From IMG/VR virus record IMGVR_UViG_3300047160_023228: 20,000 nt of DNA; one strand, written 5' to 3'. Position 1 is the first letter of the stretch; the number at the start of each line of letters is the position of its first letter. The DNA comes from an uncultured virus (IMG/VR IMGVR_UViG_3300047160_023228). Taxonomy: Duplodnaviria > Heunggongvirae > Uroviricota > Caudoviricetes. The position numbers were made by a program, and so were the translations under genes. Shown in pieces: positions 7,451 to 14,000 of this stretch. The notes beneath the pieces were generated by a model that was not told the origin of the DNA, did no database searches, and saw only the letters and a list, made by a program, of their open reading frames with translations.

Positions 7451-7785
7451 GCCGCGGCCTCTTCTTTCCGGAGTTGCTTGATATCGAAGCCGTATTCGTG
7501 AAGCTTGCGGTAGAGGGTGGTTTTGCCGATGCCCAGGAGCTTGGCGGCCAGGAGCGGGCCTTTGCGTTCGATGGCGTGCAGGATGGCTTTCTTTTCGAGA
7601 GCATCCAGGGGCACGATGCCGTCTTCGTAGTTGGTGGCATCGCCTTCGGCCTGAATGCGGGCCGGGACAAGTTCTGTCTTCAGCCGCGCGAGTTCCTGTT
7701 GCCGCTGCAGGATCAGGGCGCGCACCCGGATCAGTTCGCTTTCGATCTGGTCAATGCGCTGGCACGCGCAACCGTGGGAACTCAT
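7447..7785 (-). CDS. Coiled-coil plus Fis-type HTH (HTH_8) protein (112 aa)
   Basis: Start ATG 7785 (ATGA overlap); PLDALEKKAILHAIE...AAKLLGIGKTTLYRKLHEYG is the Fis/NtrC C-terminal HTH. Confidence 0.88.
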   Translation of the reverse strand: MSSHGCACQRIDQIESELIRVRALILQRQQELARLKTELVPARIQAEGDATNYEDGIVPLDALEKKAILHAIERKGPLLAAKLLGIGKTTLYRKLHEYGFDIKQLRKEEAAA

Positions 7786-8111
7786 GCCGCGGCCTCTTCC
7801 TTGATGGCGCGATAGGACCACAGGCCGCTGGCGGGAGCGGTGCGCTGGCGTTCGATTTTCCATCCGCCGCGGCGCATGTCCCGAAGGCGGGCGGAGATCG
7901 ACGTTTCCGATGCGCGAAGGCTGTACTGCTTCACCAGGTCCCTGGCGATCTTGGGAAGGGTGCGCCACTGTCCATCGCTCATCAGGTGGGCAACGCACGC
8001 GCGCTGTCCGGAGAGGCGGGCGCCGTCCTGTTCGGGCGAGAACGATTCGCCGAAGATGGCGGGCTGTTGGGCGGCCGGCGGGGCGATGTCAAAAAGGGCG
8101 AGGCTGTTCAT
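7782..8111 (-). CDS. Phage winged-helix-like DNA-binding protein (109 aa)
   Basis: LMSDGQWRTL..I...SETSISARLRDMR.GG..IERQR; ATGA overlaps at both ends. Confidence 0.8.
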   Translation of the reverse strand: MNSLALFDIAPPAAQQPAIFGESFSPEQDGARLSGQRACVAHLMSDGQWRTLPKIARDLVKQYSLRASETSISARLRDMRRGGWKIERQRTAPASGLWSYRAIKEEAAA

Positions 8112-8485
8112 CCGCGCACCGCCTTGGTGAACGTTTCCAGACTCATGCCCTCGTGAAACGGATGAGCGTTTAATGCACTATTCAGTTGGGAGGCTTTGTG
8201 GAGAAGCTTGCGGGCATTGCCGCGGCGCACGGTATCGGTGGCCTTGCGCCACTTGCCGATGAAGATACCGGCGTCGGCGTGCTCGAAATCAGCCTGGAAG
8301 AGATAAAGCCGGGTTGCTCCGCAATCGAGGCAGGTCTGGCGGTTGTTGAACGGAAGGCTGAGATGGGAATGCCGGCACGGAAAAAAGAAATCGGCCAGGC
8401 GCGTCAGCACCGTTTGGAGGGCAGATCTGTACCCCGTTCGGGTTACTTCTGCCGGTGCTCTAAGAGTGAGGGCGGGGCTTTGCAC
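8108..8485 (-). CDS. First gene of phage operon; hypothetical with CxH...CxxC motif (125 aa)
   Basis: AAGGAG RBS 8 nt upstream of GTG; FFPCRHSHLSLPF...TCLDCG. Confidence 0.75.
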   Translation of the reverse strand: MQSPALTLRAPAEVTRTGYRSALQTVLTRLADFFFPCRHSHLSLPFNNRQTCLDCGATRLYLFQADFEHADAGIFIGKWRKATDTVRRGNARKLLHKASQLNSALNAHPFHEGMSLETFTKAVRG

Positions 8486-8525
8486 TTGACAATCTCCTTG
8501 AAAAATCAGAAGATTGCCAAACGCG

Positions 8526-8602
8526 TGGTAGGCGGAGCCGGTGTGAATCCGGCAACCCCCGGCTTAGAAGGCCGGTGCTCTATCCGATTGAGCTACTCGC
8601 CC
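8526..8602 (-). tRNA. tRNA-Arg(UCU), atypical 3' half; probable prophage attachment junction
   Basis: Minus strand: GGGCGAG TA GCTC AATCGGATA GAGC A CCGGC CTTCTAA GCCGG GGGTT GCCGG ATTCACA CCGGC TCCGCCT A CCA; 77 nt cloverleaf with encoded CCA. Confidence 0.88.
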
Positions 8603-8612
8603 GCGTTCTTCC

Positions 8613-8618
8613 ATTGTA
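8613..8618 (-). promoter_or_regulatory. Putative -10 element (TACAAT) of the tRNA promoter
   Basis: TACAAT on minus strand, 10 nt upstream of tRNA position 1; no clear -35. Confidence 0.45.
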
Positions 8619-8638
8619 CTTTGAGTTCCGTAGCGAAC

Positions 8639-9181
8639 CTATCGGCTGCGCGCAATCACTTCAACAACCTCAGGCAGTGCCGCCGAAAGCATCCCGAGCG
8701 CATCCGACCGGCTGGAACCGCAGGCGGTCACGTATAGGGTGATGCCCAGGCCCGGTCGATCAGGTGTGATGAAAGCGCGGCGGACGACGAAATCGGCGCG
8801 GCACTTGCGCAGCTGAATTGAGCGAAGAGCCGTGCACATTTGCCTGCAGCAGCGCTCCGCCAATGGGGGAGACGCCCAGTGCCGGCCGCTTCTCGGCAAC
8901 ATGTCGATGTAAGCGGCCATGGCACAAGCTACGCTTCCCTCGTCGGCATCGAGTTCGCACGGATCAAATTCTTCCACGTTCCACACGTCGCATTTTGAAG
9001 TCCAGACGTCTGACAGAGGCCCGTTTAGGCGGTTCAGCGCAGGCGCCAAACCGGGAAGCTGCGATCCTTCAGAGATCTCCGCAACCCGCGACGCATCGCT
9101 GCGCAGATCGACGAAACCCTCCCAGCACCCATCGATCACGGGCGATTCGCCGCCAATTTCCATTTCCCAGTCGGCTTCCAT
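8639..9181 (-). CDS. Conserved hypothetical host protein (180 aa)
   Basis: Start ATG 9181 (TGATG overlap with hydrolase stop): MEADWEMEIGGESPVID...WTSKCDVW...GITLYVTACG. Confidence 0.8.
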   Translation of the reverse strand: MEADWEMEIGGESPVIDGCWEGFVDLRSDASRVAEISEGSQLPGLAPALNRLNGPLSDVWTSKCDVWNVEEFDPCELDADEGSVACAMAAYIDMLPRSGRHWASPPLAERCCRQMCTALRSIQLRKCRADFVVRRAFITPDRPGLGITLYVTACGSSRSDALGMLSAALPEVVEVIARSR

Positions 9182-10227
9182 CAGGGTTGGCCGGCAAACT
9201 GGAGAAGGTAGCGAATCACCGTAGATTCCGCCCAGTGAATATCGTCTCCAGGTTCTCCGCAGAGATAGGCGCAATGGCCGCCGTTGGGCGTCTCGATCAG
9301 CCGGATGTTCGGATTACGCAGGATCTCCTCGCGAGTCTTGGGAGTCACGCGAATGAAGGGGTCGTCGAGAGCGCGCAGGATCAGTGTCGGGAGCGCGATG
9401 CGGTCGATGACGCGCGCACTGGCCACGCGGTAGTAGTAGTCGTCGGCATCACGAAAGCCGCAATAGCGGGCAACAATTTTGTCGTCGAACTCGCGCAGCG
9501 AACGGACCGGCCCCACCCGCGGGTTCTTGTAAATATGCGGGAATAGCTCGGCTTTGCGGCGGAAACGGCGCATGAGGCGGCGCAGGAAGTGCCACTCATA
9601 CATGCGATTTGCCAGCTCATGCAGCGCATCGGACCCGGCCGCGAGATCGATCACCGGGCAGACGGTTGCCACGGCGCACAGCGGACGGCGCGTACCCCAT
9701 TCGCCCGCCAGTTTCAACACCAGGTTGCCGCCCATTGAGTAGCCCACAAGCGCAACGCGCTCCAGCCCGAAGCGCCGCGTGTAGCGCTCCACTACGGCGC
9801 CTACATCGCCGGAAAAACCCGAGTGATACAGTGTGGGTGTCAACGTGTCCGAGCCATTGCAGTTGCGCATATTCATGCGCACCACGTTGCACCCTGCCGC
9901 CCACGCGCGCGAGGTCAAGCCCCGGATGTAGCGCGAATCAGAAGAGCCCTCGAGTCCGTGGACCAGCACCAGCGTCAGGCGCCCGCTCATTTCAGGGCCG
10001 CGATGCCAGTGCGCGTGGCACAACACACGGCTTCCGTCGGCGGGGTCCACCTCCACTTCATCTGTCTCAAACGGAAGGCGGAATGCCCCGCGTGGCAGGA
10101 AATTTCCCACGATCGTCTGCACGTGCCCGTTTCTCAGCCCGCGACGCGGTGCGAAGGCGGTGAGCCAGTCCGCCGCGGACGGCAGAGTTTCTTTTGCAGT
10201 CAATTGGGCCGGGGAATCAGCGCTCAC
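9181..10227 (-). CDS. YheT-family alpha/beta hydrolase (348 aa)
   Basis: NGHVQTI, VHGLEGSS, GYSMGG nucleophile elbow, DDPF acid, GGHC histidine. Confidence 0.93.
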   Translation of the reverse strand: MSADSPAQLTAKETLPSAADWLTAFAPRRGLRNGHVQTIVGNFLPRGAFRLPFETDEVEVDPADGSRVLCHAHWHRGPEMSGRLTLVLVHGLEGSSDSRYIRGLTSRAWAAGCNVVRMNMRNCNGSDTLTPTLYHSGFSGDVGAVVERYTRRFGLERVALVGYSMGGNLVLKLAGEWGTRRPLCAVATVCPVIDLAAGSDALHELANRMYEWHFLRRLMRRFRRKAELFPHIYKNPRVGPVRSLREFDDKIVARYCGFRDADDYYYRVASARVIDRIALPTLILRALDDPFIRVTPKTREEILRNPNIRLIETPNGGHCAYLCGEPGDDIHWAESTVIRYLLQFAGQP

Positions 10228-10240
10228 CTAAAACCTTGGT

Positions 10241-10492
10241 TCAAGATGGATTGGTTCCAGGCGGCGCAGCACAAACGCTCTCCGGAACTTCTATCTCTAT
10301 TTTAACGCACTGCAGACGGTGCCGATCATGCGTGGCACCTTCTTCAAGATGGCTTATGCGGCTCGGGTGCAAACAGCCCGTAACCGGGCATGAATGCGGT
10401 GACCTACGCTCAAGATTGAACGATCTGCCGGGATCACTGGACACAACGCGCCATTCCGATACTTTACGGACCTGCACGTCATTTAGGAACAT
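10241..10492 (-). CDS. Possible small hypothetical protein (83 aa)
   Basis: GGAGG 6 nt upstream of ATG; ends 13 bp before the hydrolase start; no recognisable domain. Confidence 0.4.
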   Translation of the reverse strand: MFLNDVQVRKVSEWRVVSSDPGRSFNLERRSPHSCPVTGCLHPSRISHLEEGATHDRHRLQCVKIEIEVPESVCAAPPGTNPS

Positions 10493-10706
10493 GTATCGCC
10501 TCCGCGAACTAGGTGCTCGAAAGGGTTAGACTAACGCGATAACGGTGCGTCCCTTGGAATGCCGGAAACATTGCAGACATTGCGCACGTCTGTCTCGAAA
10601 TCGGTGCGGTCATCCCATTTTGTAAACCGCTCAAAACGCTCTATATCCAGAATGCAATTTGAGGAGTTCCGGAGACTATAGATTTCAGAACATGAAGTTT
10701 CCGTCA

Positions 10707-10761
10707 TTAGTTCGAATCTAATGTTCAACTAATCTCCATCTAATTGACGATTTGGCATCCT
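10707..10761 (+). promoter_or_regulatory. Tandem 11-bp-phased CTAAT repeats, candidate OmpR-family binding site and promoter of the oxidase operon
   Basis: CTAAT at 10718, 10729, 10740 (degenerate TTAGT at 10707); weak TGnCATCCT extended -10 candidate at 10753-10761. Confidence 0.45.
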
Positions 10762-10796
10762 GTGCACGGTGAGCAAACACCGGCATGGGAGAAAAA

Positions 10797-11048
10797 ATGT
10801 TCAGACAAAGCATTACGCGTTTACTTGGCCTGGTTCTGCTGATTACGACCCTGCTGGCGGGGAGCGAGTTTGGATTCGCCGCCAGGAAACCGATACCCGG
10901 CAGGAAAACTACAGATGCCGCCGGCCGCACGCATGTGCGTCCCGCCGGCCGCATCTCGGACGCGCAGCGCCGCGCCGCAGCCCGGCAGCGCAGAACTGTT
11001 CGCGATCACTTCATGCGATCCATCAAGAGCAACGGGGGTCGCCAATGA
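10797..11048 (+). CDS. Small basic secreted protein (83 aa) translationally coupled to the multicopper oxidase
   Basis: GGAG RBS; signal-peptide-like MFRQSITRLLGLVLLITTLLAGSEFGFAA; ATGA overlap with the oxidase start. Confidence 0.7.
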   Translation: MFRQSITRLLGLVLLITTLLAGSEFGFAARKPIPGRKTTDAAGRTHVRPAGRISDAQRRAAARQRRTVRDHFMRSIKSNGGRQ

Positions 11049-14000
11049 AGAGGGCGCTCGTTCTGATGTTGCTCGTCCTGTCCGCCGCGCTTGGATCGAG
11101 CCAGGCCCCGGACCCCGCCAAAAACCCCCACTATTTCGGCCCCTATCCGAACTGGGCCAACAGCCCTCTGACCACCGTTGACGCGAGCATTCAATTGACT
11201 GATACATGCGGCAACGGCGCAGGAACGGGCGCCTCCGCGGTGGCATTGGTCGATTCCAAGGGCTCGATTACCGGCGTTACCGTTACCAGTCAAGGCGCGG
11301 GCTACACGTGCCCCCCCGATGTTTCCATTACCAGCACCTACGGCAACGGCGCGGCCGCCCATGCAACGTTTGCGGCAACCTCGGGCTATATCAGTTCCAT
11401 TAGCCTGGTGAATGGCGGCACCAACTACTTTGCGCCCGTAGTGGTCATCAACGGAAATGGCACAGGGGCCACGGCGGACGCCACGGTCGATCCATACAGC
11501 GGCGCGATCACCAGCATCTCGCTGACCAACCCCGGCTCGGGATACACGTCGGCCACCATCAGCATTTCCGATGGCGGGGGCACCGGGACGGGCGCGATGG
11601 CCACGGCCACGGTGAGCACGTCCACGATCGGCGTTATTGTGGATGCGGCGGGCATCGGCTACAGAACGCCCGGCGGCTTGAGGAAGTTCGTCGATACGCT
11701 GCCCGGGCTCGGCCCGTCGGCAGCCAACAATCTCGGACAGTATGTCTCTGTAGCGCACCCGGACACGACCACTTACCCGGGATCCGACTACTACGAAATC
11801 GCCGTGGTCGAGTACTCAAGGAAACTGCACTCCGACCTCTCCCCCACCAAGCTCCGCGGCTACGTGCAGCTCAATAACGGCACCGACTCCAACGGTCAGA
11901 ACACTATTGCTCCGGATGGCCCGCAGTTCCTGGGCGCGACAATCGTAGCGACCAAGGACCGGCCGGTGCGCATTCTTTTCCGCAACAATCTGCCAACCGG
12001 TGAGGCCGGCAACCTGTTCCTCCCGGTGGATACGACCATGATGGGCGCCGGCATGGGTCCCGACATGGGCGGAATGAAGGAGACGGACAGCAGCAGCGTG
12101 TTTGACGGCGTCCGCAACCCGATGTGCGGCAATGCCGGCGCCAAGCCTATGGGATGCTACACCGAGAATCGCGCCACCCTGCACCTGCACGGCGGCCTGA
12201 CCCCGTGGATCAGCGACGGCACGCCGCACCAGTGGACCGTGCCCGCAACCGAGTCGACCATGTATGAGAAGGGCGTGAGCGTCAGCAACGTCCCCGACAT
12301 GTGGTACGACGCGAATGGAGCCACACTTTCCGAGTGTGCCGGCCAGAATACCTGCGCAGTTGCCAATGCTACCAACAACCCGGGCAAAGGCGCTCTCACC
12401 TTCTACTACACCAACCAGCAGAGCGCGCGCCTGCTGTTCTATCACGACCACTCCTGGGGCATAACCCGCCTGAACGTGTATGCGGGCGAAGCCGCCGGCT
12501 ATCTCATCACCGACAACACAGAAAAGACGCTCACCGCACCCGGCGGGGCGCTGGATGCTTCCGATCCCGCGCTTGGCCTGGGAATCCCGCTCGTGATTCA
12601 GGACCGCACGTTTGTGCCCAGTGCCGCTCAGCTTGCCACACAGGACCCCACATGGGATGCGGCGCGCTGGGGTACCGAAGGAGATTTCTGGTATCACCAC
12701 GTCTACATGCCCGCGCAGAATCCTGCCGATCCTACGGGCGCCAGCCCCTTCGGGCGCTGGATGTACGGGCCGTGGTTCTGGCCCCCGGCGAACCAGGCCA
12801 CCACTCCCTACCAGCCCATTCCCAACCCGTACTACGATCCGGCCTGCGATCCGGCGAATGCGCCGAATGGCTTCTGCGAGCCGCCTATGATTCCCGGCAC
12901 GCCGAACATCTCGGTGGGCATGGAGCAGTTCAACGACACCCCGCTGGTCAACGGCACGGCCTATCCAACAATGACCGTGGAGCCGAAAGCCTACCGCTTC
13001 CGCCTGCTCAATGCGGCCAACGACCGCTTCTTCAACTTGCAGTGGTACGTGGCCGACTCCAGCGGCACCGAAGTGGCGCTGAAGGCCTCTGATGTGGCGG
13101 CGGCACAGGTAGACCCAAACGTATTCCCCACGCCCGACACCAACATCAGCCCCGCCGGCCCGAGCTGGCTCCAGATCGGCAGCGAAGGCGGATTCCTGCC
13201 TACGCCGGCAACCATTCCGAACCAGCCGATCACGTGGATCACCGATCCCACGCGGTTCGATTACGGCAATGTGGACCAGCACTCGATGTTGATCGCTCCC
13301 GCGGAGCGCTCGGACGTGATCGTGGACTTCTCGAAGTTCGCGGGCAAGACGCTGATCCTTTACAACGACGCGCCTGCCGCGTTCCCCGCGCGCCAAGCCA
13401 GCTACGACTACTACACCGGCGATCCCGACAATACCGACATCGGCGGCGCGCCCACGACTGTGCCCGGTTTCGGTCCGAACACGCGGACCATCATGCAGGT
13501 GAAGGTGGCCGGCACGCTTACCAAGGCCAGCGCCTTCAGCCTGTCCAAACTGGTCACCGCCTTCGCGCACAATGCCAATGGCACGGGCGTGTTCGAGTCC
13601 GGCCAAAACCCCGTCATTGTCGGCCAGGCCGGCTATAACCGCGCCTATGGCAGCACCTTCACTACCTCCGGCGATTGCTCAAACCCCAAGACCACCACCA
13701 AGTGCGACGGCTTCGCGCGCATCAACCTGCAGGGCGGGGACCTGTTCACGTTCGACACCCTTAGCGGCAAGAAGCTGTCCATTCCGCTGCAGCCGAAAGC
13801 GCTGCACGATGAAATGAACTCGACCACATTTGACGAATACGGCCGCATGACCGCCAACCTCGGCGTGGAAGCGGTTCCGGCGAATGCGGGCGCACAAAAC
13901 GTGGTTCTGTATCCCTACGTCAACCCGGCGACCGAGATGATCGACGGCACCAACCTGCCTTCAGCCTCGGGCATCAAGATCGCCCCGATCGCCACCGCCA

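Larger units (their letters stand above)
1..8525 (-). mobile_element. Prophage (one end; early/replication operon), continues beyond window start
   Basis: About 18 short, co-oriented, abutting or overlapping ORFs with phage-typical families (DUF5131, DUF1376-type initiator, HD hydrolase, GIY-YIG, small HTH and Zn proteins), ending at a tRNA gene. No integrase or virion genes in the window. Confidence 0.85.

Noticed and set aside
5947..7998. Long upstream extensions of ORFs 5527..6270, 6781..7407 and 7447..7998
   Set aside because: They overlap better-supported genes; internal starts at 5946, 7185 and 7785 match domain boundaries.
10769..11044. First 92 codons of the 1918-aa ORF
   Set aside because: The signal peptide begins at ATG 11045, and the region is better explained by the 10797..11048 gene.
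11816..13606. 596-aa minus-strand ORF and other antisense ORFs within the oxidase
   Set aside because: Typical stop-poor antisense frames of GC-rich genes; no recognisable domains.
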